NCBI GenBank assembly: GCA_024399115.1
Contig: JAKSHZ010000001.1
Coordinates: forward strand, 23,801 to 87,800
Length of the DNA stretch: 64,000 nucleotides
Direction of reading: 5' to 3'
Source of the DNA: Bacilli bacterium
Lineage (GTDB): Bacteria > Bacillota_I > Bacilli_A > RFN20 > CAG-826
Shown here piece by piece: positions 35,044 to 46,300 of this stretch. Below the pieces are notes generated by a model that was given only the letters and a program-made list of their open reading frames with translations, was not told the origin of the DNA and made no database searches. The first letter of the stretch is position 1. Every line of letters begins with the position of its first letter. Position numbers and translations under genes: made by a program.

Positions 35044-35691
35044 ATGGTAAGAGATAGGATTAAATTATTTTTAACTGATTTTGTACAGGTCGGATTATCA
35101 ATAATAAACTTATTATTATTGATAGCAATGATTTTTGATCCAAATGAAAGAGATACTTTCTTTTGGATTTACTTTGGAATGAGAGTTATGTTTATTCCAA
35201 TTACGATATTATTTGGGGATAGAGGAATCTGGGCGTTTTACTTTATTTACACCAACATCAAAGCCTTAGATATCACATTTGATAACTTAACTTGTGTTGC
35301 AATTATTTCATTACTTTTTACAATTCTTCCTAAAGTAGATAAAAAGAAAGCAATTGTTATTGCAGCATTGTATGTTACAGATATTTTTATTGTTGCCAGT
35401 ATTCACAATAAACAGCCATTTTATATTTATGTACATTTATTAGGATGTCTTGGATATTGTATAGCAATGTGGAAACTGAAGTCTTCAATTTCTAATAACA
35501 AAAGATTAAAGTTATTGCCTGACGAAATTAAAATACTTACATACCTTTCGGAAGGTCGTTTACAAAAAGAAATCCTTGAGTTCTCAGAAAATACTGTTTA
35601 TAGAAAACTCAAGGAGGCAAGAATAAGAAATGGTATTAAGGATAATGAAGAATTATTAATGATATTTATGGATAATAAAGATGCTTACTGA
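35044..35691 (+). CDS. polytopic membrane protein with C-terminal LuxR-type HTH
   Basis: About six TM segments, then L.PDEIKILTYLSEGRLQKEI...SENTV.RKL..AR. Confidence 0.75.
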   Translation: MVRDRIKLFLTDFVQVGLSIINLLLLIAMIFDPNERDTFFWIYFGMRVMFIPITILFGDRGIWAFYFIYTNIKALDITFDNLTCVAIISLLFTILPKVDKKKAIVIAALYVTDIFIVASIHNKQPFYIYVHLLGCLGYCIAMWKLKSSISNNKRLKLLPDEIKILTYLSEGRLQKEILEFSENTVYRKLKEARIRNGIKDNEELLMIFMDNKDAY

Positions 35692-36684
35692 CTAACTACC
35701 AATTGCAAACCAATCAAATGGTTCTGTTGCCATACCACTATTATAAACAGAATAGAAATCAAAACTGGTAGATGTAACATTTTCAATCATAGCAACTAAA
35801 ATTGAATTTCCACTATTATGTCTCATAGTTGTGGTAACGCTATAGTTTTCACTTGTGAACGGTATTGGTAATGTTATAGTACCTTTCGATAAATTATTTG
35901 TTTTCTTTCCCCACTGTAAAGTCAATCCGTTTGTAAGTTTCAGCCAAGAACCGTTTTCATTACTACCAGAGTTAAACAAGTTATTAATTGTATCGTAAAT
36001 ACTTGTAAGTTTATCACTTACATTTTGAGCAGTCCAAACATTTGTTACTGATGTTTTCGCATCATCAACAGTAACTGATGATGGTACTGGGAAATTTTTA
36101 TAAACTTCTTTAGCTTTGATAATGTAATTAAAACCAACCTGTTTTCCGTGAGTTGTTTTTCCGTTTCTTGGCTCACCATATTCGTCATCAAACTTAGTTG
36201 GTAAACCAAGATTTGCATAACCTTCTAATGTAGTATTAGTTCTATTATGGTTGTTACCATAGTCGTTTGTGTTACCTGCACTATCACTACTAGATGCACG
36301 AATTCCGTGAGTATGTCCTGCATCATCGTGTTTATGACCTTGAAGTTGGTCATCTCTAAATTCACCTAAACTTACTGGGTCGTGAGTTGCAATATCATAA
36401 GTAACGTTTTCACCTGCACCAACGATTTCAACTTCTCTTAAGTCTGGGAGTTTGAAATATCCTTCTGGAGTATCTTCATTATTAAAATAATCTCCGAAAA
36501 TATCATACAATTCCTGATATTCGGTGATACTAAGATTCTGACCTTTAAGAGAAATATATCCAAGTGGTAAATTTTCAGATGGCCATGCAAATATTGTTCC
36601 AATAGGAACACCGCCACCAAAACGAGTTTTTAGTCTGTCGTAAAACTCACCTAAAATTGATTTAATACCCTGATAATCAGCCAT
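35692..36684 (-). CDS. tail fibre protein with tail-collar domain
   Basis: VPIGTIFAWP...P.GY...GQ.L....Y.EL...FKLPDLR; C-terminal KL.NGL.LQWG...WFAIG. Confidence 0.85.
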   Translation of the reverse strand: MADYQGIKSILGEFYDRLKTRFGGGVPIGTIFAWPSENLPLGYISLKGQNLSITEYQELYDIFGDYFNNEDTPEGYFKLPDLREVEIVGAGENVTYDIATHDPVSLGEFRDDQLQGHKHDDAGHTHGIRASSSDSAGNTNDYGNNHNRTNTTLEGYANLGLPTKFDDEYGEPRNGKTTHGKQVGFNYIIKAKEVYKNFPVPSSVTVDDAKTSVTNVWTAQNVSDKLTSIYDTINNLFNSGSNENGSWLKLTNGLTLQWGKKTNNLSKGTITLPIPFTSENYSVTTTMRHNSGNSILVAMIENVTSTSFDFYSVYNSGMATEPFDWFAIGS

Positions 36685-36687
36685 CTA

Positions 36688-39600
36688 TTACTCCTCGAAA
36701 ACATCATCAAAATCTCTATCAGTCATTGAAACTGATACGTCTAAGAAATTACATTTGACTGAATTTGGGTCTTTTGCCCAGATTACAAAGTTCGAGTTTT
36801 CTGGATCCAAAGCCTGTGTAATTCCTTTAGTTACGAATCTAGATTGTGTCTTAAAATATTTATCAATTGCTGCATCCAAATCTTCAATTTCTTGTTCTGA
36901 TGGATTAGGAAGGTAAGCAATCTCATCTGCTCCATATTCAAGATAAATCTTATCTCCCGGAATGTATGGAACTTCTGTAGACCAGATTTTGTATGGAGAA
37001 GAACTTCTTCCAGTATTTTCAACTTTCTCATATTTAGAGACTATTAAGTTATGGTTTGCTACATCGTTCTTAATACGATAGAAAGTCCAGTTATTTGGAG
37101 TTGCATTTACGATTGGTGTCAATCTATCTACATAGATATTTTCAAGACTTGTACATCCTGAAAAACATTCATCCATGTTTGCACCAATCATCATTTCTAA
37201 TGGCATTTCCCATTTTTCAATTGTAACTAAGTTTGAACATCCTTCAAACATATAAGATAAATCTCTGACAAACATTGGTTCTGCTTCCCCTGAGCCTTCA
37301 CTTCCAATATCGGTCATTTCTACAACAGGAACATTTTTTACAGTTTCTAAAGATGTACATCCATAAAAACATCCTGAAGTATTAGATGCACGAGGTAATT
37401 TAGGGGAAGTTTTAATCATAGAACAATGATTAAAAGTCCCTCCTAAATCAACAGGAATTTCAAATCCATCTTTCATAGGTTGTGGTATTTCTGGAATTTC
37501 TTTTAAGGCATAACATCTGGAGAAACTTTCGTACAAATCAATGACAGTATTAGGAATCGCAGGTGCAGCAACAAGATTTTCGCAATCTGTAAAGCAATTG
37601 GCCAAAGATATGATACCATCTGGGAGTTCCGTTTCAGACATATCCAAATATACATTTATTTCATGACGCAAAACTTCACTTTCCTCTATTAAATCTCCGA
37701 TTCCTGCGTATAATACATTAGCTAATGGTGAATGATAATATTTAGCAGCCAAATCTGCCTGAGTTAACTCTGTCACCTTAATCTTATAAGGATGGTCAAT
37801 ATCATTATGGTCTTGCCAAAGGATCCAAGTACTAAGGATTCTAAAAGGAATATCAGTATTAATTGCTTTTACTATTTGTTTCATATTACCTAAAGAACCT
37901 TGAATATCAGATGCAGAAAATTTGTTTTCAAAAGCTTTGTAGATACTTTTTTCAACCTTAATTTCCATTTCAACATCTTCTGTGAAAATATCTGTGAGTT
38001 TATCGCAGAGATAAAAATCAAATTCTGTTCCTGTGAAATCGGTTGCTTCCCATAATGATATTTCAGTCAAATTAGAACATCCACTAAAAGTCAAAGATAA
38101 ATCTTTAACATTAACTGGAATATTGGAAATTTTTCTGAGATTTGTACAATTCATAAAACATTGCATCATTGATGTAACAGAATCAGGGATGCCTGTAATT
38201 TCATATAAATCCTCACATCCTTCAAATGTGGAATTCATATTAGTAATTCCGTTTGGTAAATCTGGTTGTTGTTGTAAATTTATACAATTAGCAAATGTAT
38301 TTGTTAAGGATCTTACCCCATCGGGAAGTTTTGGAGGATACATTAATGCTTTACAATTGTTAAAGGCATACATTAATCCATCAATAACTGGTAATTGGGT
38401 GTCTCTTAAATCCAGATATTTATATGGATATTGTTCAATGGTATATCCTAAAGGACATCTAATAGCACCGTCTATAATAGAGATTGCTAATGCTTCAACA
38501 GGAATCTCTGTTATATTGATTTTATATGGAATCATTGGTGGAACTTCACTAACCATAGAAATCCACTCTTCGAAATTCACGTATGGGATTTCGTTAGTAT
38601 CAGCTTTTACAGTTGAATTAATATTAAAAGGGAATGATGAAGTATGAACTTCAATATCCTTTAAGGCTTTCTCTAAGAGTAATTCTTCGTAAGGACCATT
38701 AACAATTATTTCTTGTATTGAAGAGTTAATAAATATTTCATCATATGCATCATACGTGTTTATACCTTCTCCACTAGAAGATATATTAAGTATAGGGCTA
38801 CTAGGCTCAATTTCCCATTTGTTAATCTTTGTTAATTTTGGACAATCAGCAAATGAGTGCCATAAAGCCATAGCTCCTGAAGGAATATTTGTAATTACTT
38901 CAAGATTTTCGCATCCTGCAAAAATTCCAGCTATAACCAATTCATTATTATTTGGTAATTTAGGGGATTGAATCATACTTGTACAATATTCAAATGTTTG
39001 ATTCAATGAACTTACTGAAGAAGGTATTGCCGGTATGTGAGTTAGGTTTTTACAATTTCCAAAGCAACCTGTTAAATCAACTAAATTTTTTGGAATATTT
39101 GGGATTGTAATAATTGCAGTTCCATAAAAAGTTCCGACCATTTCAGTAACTGATTCTGGAATAGTTGGAGTACTTTCTAAATTCTTACAATTTGCAAATG
39201 TGTAATACAAATTTGTAACAGTTGAGGGGATATTATTTATATGAGAAATACCTGTTCCTTGAAAAGAACCTAGCATAGTTTCAATTGAGTCTGGTAAAGT
39301 TCCAATTTCAGTAATTTTTTGACAATTTGAACAAATATTATCAATATTTTTTACTCCTTCATAAAGTGTTGGAAATACAATTAGATTCGAACAATTTTCA
39401 AAAGTTCCAGACAATTCAATTGCATTTATAAACTGTGGCGGCGTAATTAATGTTTTTAAGCCGTTGAATGAAGCGTGATAAATACCATCTGCTTTTGATA
39501 ATACAGTTTCTGACATTCCAATATATATATTTTTATATCTATTAAGTATAAAATTAAAAGAATTTTTATTTACAGGATCTAATGCTTCATCTGTTATATC

Positions 39601-40293
39601 AATTACATTAATTTCATACGGAGAATCTAAATCATTTTTTTCTTGGTGCTGTAACCATAAGTCTAATTCATAAAACCCAATACGTGTTTCAAGATTTTTA
39701 ACTATGTCCTCAAAGCCACCTATTCTTTGAGCTTTATGAAATAAGAAATCAATTAGTTTATATTTCGCAGTATAATTACTTATTTTTTTTTCAGAATCAT
39801 ATGCATAAATTGTTAAATTAGTATTTGTACCATCAAATGCATATATAGCTGTAGATTTCATTATTGAAAAACTTTCATCAGAAATTTCCCATTCAGAAAT
39901 CTCTTCTAAGTTAGTACAACCTTGAAAAATGTATTCAAAGTCTGTTAAATAACAAGGTATTCGGGGTATAACCTTTAAATTACCGCAATAACTAAAACAC
40001 CTATTCATACTTGCACAATTATTGTCTATTACGGGGGCAATAACTAAGTGGGGAATACCACTAAATGCCGAATCAAGATTTGTTAAACTTAACTTAGAAC
40101 GGGATAAGTTTACATAAATTGTAGGATTATATTTCATTAAATGGGTTACTGTTGACAATGCAGAATCTAAATCATTAATTTGAATATCATAAGGTTCATC
40201 TGCTGTATTTTGAGGCAATGACTCGAAAAGAGTATGTATTGATTCGTAATCAGAATCACATTCGTACCATCCATCATGTATATAAACACCCAT
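36688..40293 (-). CDS. leucine-rich-repeat (BspA/TpLRR-like) tail-associated protein
   Basis: Many IP.SV..L..TF..C..L repeats arranged in four modules. Confidence 0.75.
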   Translation of the reverse strand: MGVYIHDGWYECDSDYESIHTLFESLPQNTADEPYDIQINDLDSALSTVTHLMKYNPTIYVNLSRSKLSLTNLDSAFSGIPHLVIAPVIDNNCASMNRCFSYCGNLKVIPRIPCYLTDFEYIFQGCTNLEEISEWEISDESFSIMKSTAIYAFDGTNTNLTIYAYDSEKKISNYTAKYKLIDFLFHKAQRIGGFEDIVKNLETRIGFYELDLWLQHQEKNDLDSPYEINVIDITDEALDPVNKNSFNFILNRYKNIYIGMSETVLSKADGIYHASFNGLKTLITPPQFINAIELSGTFENCSNLIVFPTLYEGVKNIDNICSNCQKITEIGTLPDSIETMLGSFQGTGISHINNIPSTVTNLYYTFANCKNLESTPTIPESVTEMVGTFYGTAIITIPNIPKNLVDLTGCFGNCKNLTHIPAIPSSVSSLNQTFEYCTSMIQSPKLPNNNELVIAGIFAGCENLEVITNIPSGAMALWHSFADCPKLTKINKWEIEPSSPILNISSSGEGINTYDAYDEIFINSSIQEIIVNGPYEELLLEKALKDIEVHTSSFPFNINSTVKADTNEIPYVNFEEWISMVSEVPPMIPYKINITEIPVEALAISIIDGAIRCPLGYTIEQYPYKYLDLRDTQLPVIDGLMYAFNNCKALMYPPKLPDGVRSLTNTFANCINLQQQPDLPNGITNMNSTFEGCEDLYEITGIPDSVTSMMQCFMNCTNLRKISNIPVNVKDLSLTFSGCSNLTEISLWEATDFTGTEFDFYLCDKLTDIFTEDVEMEIKVEKSIYKAFENKFSASDIQGSLGNMKQIVKAINTDIPFRILSTWILWQDHNDIDHPYKIKVTELTQADLAAKYYHSPLANVLYAGIGDLIEESEVLRHEINVYLDMSETELPDGIISLANCFTDCENLVAAPAIPNTVIDLYESFSRCYALKEIPEIPQPMKDGFEIPVDLGGTFNHCSMIKTSPKLPRASNTSGCFYGCTSLETVKNVPVVEMTDIGSEGSGEAEPMFVRDLSYMFEGCSNLVTIEKWEMPLEMMIGANMDECFSGCTSLENIYVDRLTPIVNATPNNWTFYRIKNDVANHNLIVSKYEKVENTGRSSSPYKIWSTEVPYIPGDKIYLEYGADEIAYLPNPSEQEIEDLDAAIDKYFKTQSRFVTKGITQALDPENSNFVIWAKDPNSVKCNFLDVSVSMTDRDFDDVFEE

Positions 40294-40309
40294 AATAACC
40301 TCTCTTGTA

Positions 40310-43300
40310 TTAAGGATTTACCTTAAATAAGTTTGTTGGGATTGTTTCAAAACCCCAGTTTTCATCAATCATTCTGTTATAACCTAATATTACCTCACCA
40401 TCAGTTCGTATTTTAGATTCACCAACAGAAATGCCGTCAGCTTCACTTTCAAACATAAGGTCAAAAGTTTTATTAGGAATATCAAAACTTACATCTCCTG
40501 AGAGATAAGATTTAGCACCGTCAGATTTAACAACTCCAGATGCAATAAGCTCTAAAGGATTCTTTCCTTCTTCATCTGTAAAGTTTCCCGGTTTATTGAA
40601 GTGATAAATTGCAGATACGATTTCAACACCAGCTTGGGGGAGTTCGCTTTCATCCGTATTATTGGTTAATGTAAGAGTTCCGTTCTGGTCGATTACTATT
40701 TTTCCCTGATCATACCATTCGGTGTTTTCGAAATCTCTTTTTTGGATAACAAATCCATTTTCTTTTAATACAAGACGCTGGAATTTATTATTTGCACTTG
40801 TAATTTCAGTACCATTATCAAGACTTGTTCCACTAGTGGTCAAAGTAATGTTTCCAGCTTTAATTTCAACTTCGTAATCAAGACTCTGTGTAATTGGGTC
40901 AAGTTTCGGAGTAACCTTAATATGCTGCTCATCATTACCAACTTGGAAAGCACCTTTGTAAATAATATCTTCAAGGCCTGTATCTTCTGGTAACAATGTA
41001 CTTAATGCCCAGTAGTTACTCTTACCAAACTCTCCCATACCACCTTGAGAAATCAAACCGATATTCGCACAGATAGCAGAAAGACGTTTTACATATAAGT
41101 CCTGATAGTTCATGTTTGCTTTAACAATATCGCTAAGACTTGTACATAATGCGGTTACTGTAACAACTGCAGGAGTTCCTTCTCCAGCTTCTGTGAAAGG
41201 AGTAATCTGATACTGATATACGGTATTAAGGATTCTTTCTGAATATGGAGAATCTTTACCTTTCTGACCTAACAATGGTAAAGTCTGACTAAATATATTT
41301 CCGTAAATACCTTCGCCTACTTCACCTTTGTAAGCATCTTCATCCACCAAGAAAGTTCCATACAAATCTGGTGCATACCATTCTGTATCAATAATGTCAT
41401 CTAATGTAACACCTTCTTTAAGTGCATATTCAGAATCTAAGTCAGATTCTCTAGCCTTAGTGAACCCGATACGTTTAATAGAAATCTTGTATTTTAAGTC
41501 ACCGTAAAGGCTTCTGCTTGTGCTTGCAGGATAACACTTAATAATTACATTTCTATCAAGAACATCTACCGAAACATTATCTTCTTTTGTAAAGTTTGGA
41601 ATTTTCCAAGTTCCATAACCGACAGTATTTACATTTGCAACAGCCCAGTTTTCAGATTCGTTTCCATAAATGTTTATTGCTTTTACTCTGAATTTCCATT
41701 CACTAAGTGTTGCAGCTTCTGGATATCCATCTACAGTTCTATCAAAGATGTAAGTATCATTTACGATTTCAACTGGTTCAAAAGACTTAGTAACATAAGA
41801 ATATTTATTACCTTCTTCCAAGACAGGTTCTACTCCCTGTGGAATAGTTGTCGGAATAGTGAATAACTCATCTTCATAATAGTTATCATCTTTCTTGTAT
41901 ACTATATGAATAACTGGAATTTCACGTTCATATACAAATCCATTAACAGTTTCTGGAAGACTACTTGTTTCCGGCATTATTGGTCTAAGCTCGATGTAAT
42001 CTTTATATGCGTAACATTCAAGAGTAGGAACATCAATTGGTTTTACATCACTTGTGTAAACTCCACCAATGGACTCAGATGTTTTTTCTGCAAGTTCTGA
42101 TGCAGTTACATATGGTCTGAATTCAAAACTTTCAGCCATAGTAGGAAGTGTCATATTAGATTTGAATACAGGAGTTTTGAAACCTGCATGGAATAAGTCT
42201 TCGTTATAAGGAATAGCAACTAAATCGAATTTATCTTTTGCTTTAGGTGTAATAGAAGCAACAATTGCTTTAATATACATCTTGCCGATTTCACCGTATA
42301 CAACCAGATTGTCGTACTGAGGTCTGAACTGACTTAAGATACCATCTTGAACAGATTCTGCAGATGTTTCTGTACTCTTATTGATTGGGTTTTCTAATAA
42401 TATTAAATTAGTCAAACCTTTCTTCATTGAGTAAATCTTTTCATTGATTTCAACATGAGCACTTTCTCTAGCGACTCTTAAAGTTACACATCTTGAGGCC
42501 TGATATTTAGAAGGCTGAACAATTGTTACACCCTGTACAGATAATCCTTTGTCATCGAGTACACCAGTATATTCAAATGGTTCATCAGTAACAAAACCGT
42601 AAATCATTGAATCATCTTCAATAACTTCTTGGATTCTTGCACCACTATCAGTTCCTACAAGTAAAGTATCATCTTGGATCAATAAAGTATCTCCAAGAGA
42701 TAATGAGTATCCAATCATACCTACAGAGGCATTATAAGTCTCTCTCTGATATAACCTACAAGCCAAGTTGTACTTAGTAAGACACGCAAGCTGGTCTTTA
42801 CTAGTTACATATTCCATATTGAATTGTTCAATTTTCTTTGTTGGGTCTTCTGGTCTTTCACCTTTATCCATTACATAGAAATCATTAGTTCCGTAATTAT
42901 CGTCTTCATCAGTTAACGATGCTTGGAAACCACTTGGAAGTTCATCAAGAATCTTTGTATTAGAACGACTATGGCAGTTTCTCTGATTAAGAACTGTAAC
43001 AGGATAAGGGTTAGGTCTACCAATTAATGGCTCATATTTATTGTCATCACTTCTCTTTAAGTTTGCTCTACCCGTAGCAAGTAACTTAGGAAGCAACTGT
43101 TCCATTTTGATTTCTTTAGTGAGAACACCATTTGCTCTGAAACGATAATGTTTTAAGTTATCCGATTCTTTACAGTATTTTGTAGAACCTTTATTTAATG
43201 TCTGTTCAAGATACATTAATACTGGTTGATAATAGCCATTGAATGAATATGAATTATTAGTTCCTTCTTCTGCTGATAAATCATTCATTAAAAGAATAAG

Positions 43301-46300
43301 GCTCTGGATTAAATCCTCTCCAATATTATCTCTTAATGCATTGATAGGAACATCTTTAAGGCTTTCAAGAATATTTCGACCTTTTAATACAAGTTCAGTT
43401 ACCTGATTTGTGAAATGTATGTCAGCAATATGATGAGCAACCCAACTGTATCTTTCACATTCCATAATACAGTTAGAGCCAGCAGCACGATACATTTCAA
43501 TATCATCGTAATCAAAAGGTTCCCCATTTTCAAAGTGTGTTCGCTGGGCTTCAAATTCTACAGGTGTAAGGATATAACCATTGTTACGAACTTTAGCCAC
43601 AACAACTGCCAACGAAGGAGTTTCATCACTATCTACAAATGTTTCCGCTTCCTGAGTTCCGTAATCACCTGAGAAATCTGACCAACCTGCAGTTACAAAT
43701 TCATCTCTAGTTTTGTATCTTGCAGGATTTGTTGGGTCGAAGTTATTCTTAATCTGGAAAGGTGTTCCAGCATATGTCTGTTTTGTGCCATCAGTAACAT
43801 CATTACAGAAGTCATAGAAATCAGCAAATACCCCCATTTCTACATTATCATAAACTTTAGATTCAGAACCTAAATGATTACCGAATAATGAAAGTAATGT
43901 TACAGACGCTGAGTTTGAAGAAATATATTTTCTTACAACAGTTTCTGGAATTGTGTATTTGATAAGTGGGTCAACAATAATATTTCCACCCTCATCTTTT
44001 TCGATGTTGTCTGCAATAAATATTTCATCTCTGATTTGAGCAACAAAGTCATTACCGTTACAACGCTTAGAATATTCAAGAGGCTTAATTGCGATGTTTT
44101 CTTCATACTCTTCTTTAGAACATTCAACAATTTTAGTTTCATCTCCATCTGTAATCTTATGGAAGTAAGAATAAGTTTTAGAGATGTTTTCCGGGAACCA
44201 TTTCTGCTCGGTTTCAGAATATTTAGGATTAAAAGATTCTGCTATTACATTAAGTTTCTTTAATGATGAACCACCAGTATTAGAAACATCCTGTTTTAAC
44301 TGTAACCCGATATAACAGAATTTATCCAAGTCTTTGATTGTGGCAAATCTTTCAAGATAGTCCATTACACTTACAGAATCTGCATTACCAAATTCCTTTT
44401 CTGCAGCATTCAAAGCATCAATATATTTAGTCTTATCAAACTTATAAGTTCTTAAATATGTCCAGTTAATCAGATCCTGATAAGCAGTTGCAGTTACTGA
44501 ATCGCTAGGTGCACTTGTTTCTTCAAGATAACAAGGAGTAAGACGGATTACACGTACTTCAATATTATCAAGATATGTTGTATCAGTATGGAAATTAACC
44601 ATCTGTCTACATTCTTCTTCTGTAAATGTTTTCTGGAATACATAACGTCTTTCGTTCACATTGTAATCATCATTACCTGTATAAACTTTTTCATCATCAG
44701 CATAGATTTTAACCATAGGTCTACTTTCAATATAATGATATTCACCAGTTCCAGAGGATTTATTTTCAACTTTGTATTCGTTTTCGGACCCCGGATTTAC
44801 AGTGTATACATCATAAGTTGCTGGTCTTTCTCCTCGTACTGCATAAGGATACGAGAAACTTGTTACTTCTTCATATTTCTGTGTATAATTAAAACTAGAA
44901 GTAGATAATTCACCAGAAAGAAGTGCATTGCTTATTTCTTCTTTGGTCATATAACGCCAAGCGTTAGTATCTTCTTCTTCACGAATTGAGAATACAGGTG
45001 TACCAATCCATTTATTGTTATAGTCAGTATCAGTTCCCGGTGTTAAACCTTTATTTGCACTGATTTCACTAATTCTATCTGCAGCTCTGTAAGGTTTTGG
45101 ATAAACAGGACCTTCATCAAATACCATTTCATCAAAAGTATGCCAGCCCTGTGGATTATTGGCATCAGAAGGTTCTTCATCCATTCTTGCAAATCTCCAC
45201 TGAACTGCAATATGTAATGGAACTTTCTTATATCTTGTTTTACCATTATCTTGCCAAACAGCCATATAACCGTTAGGCATATTGAGTTCTACCTGAATCT
45301 TCTGAGGGCAACCGTCTGAGAAACGTACAGTATTAGTACGATATCCTTTTGGGATTTCTGCACCTTTATAAATGCGGTATTCTCTTGCATTATCTTCAAG
45401 TAGCTTATCATACAAATAAAGGATATTTGCTTTAATCTTTTTTTCTGAAACTGACTGTGGATAAATGTTTCCGTAAATCTGTTTATCCATTACGTTTTCA
45501 TCAGTTATCTTACTTCCAGCCTGAAGAATTTCAAGTTTTACATCATTGTTTTTCCAGATATTAGTAATATCGCCAACAGTACCTGTATCAGCATCGTCAC
45601 AACCTGATAACTGACCGTGAAGAATAGTTTTTCTATCTCCATAGTCAGATGACTGGTTATATGCAAGTACTGTATTTTCAATCTTGAAGTTTGTTAATCT
45701 AAGAGGACCATAACCAGCACAATACATTACGTGGAACTGCTGGCCTAAATCACCTTCATTAGCATCCTTAATATTTCTTACGTGGGTTTCGTGATATGGA
45801 GAACCAACAATATATGGATACAATAAATGTTTACCCATTACAAGTTGGTAACGCTTATCCAGAATTAATTCATTCTGAGCACCATCCACAGATAATAGAT
45901 CTTCTTTTTCTTTGTCACTGCTTTTTTCTTTATCATCATTTTTAAGACCCATATAAAGAAGATGCCCTGCAACACCCATAGAGAGCAAAGAACCAATACC
46001 AAGACCTACGATTTTTCCAATAGAAGCACTGGCAAGAACTGCAGAGCCTGCAGCAAAGGCTAAACCTATACCTGTAGCAGCCAAAGCAATACCACCAATA
46101 ATAGCCCAAGTTTTACCATCACCCTGAGGAATAAAGAATAAAGCAATTACATCCTGTTCTTTTACATCGTAATCAAGAGAAGTTTCTTCTCCGTTACACA
46201 TAGCAAGAATTTTATATGATTCGATATTTATTGTACGATATTCTGTAGTATCAGTTTCACTGTTGTAAACTTCTACTACCTTAGTCTCATCGCCTTTTGC

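Noticed and set aside
38033-38647. 204-aa ORF on the + strand, and many similar antisense ORFs in the track
   Set aside because: Shadows of long genes on the opposite strand, with no RBS or recognisable motifs
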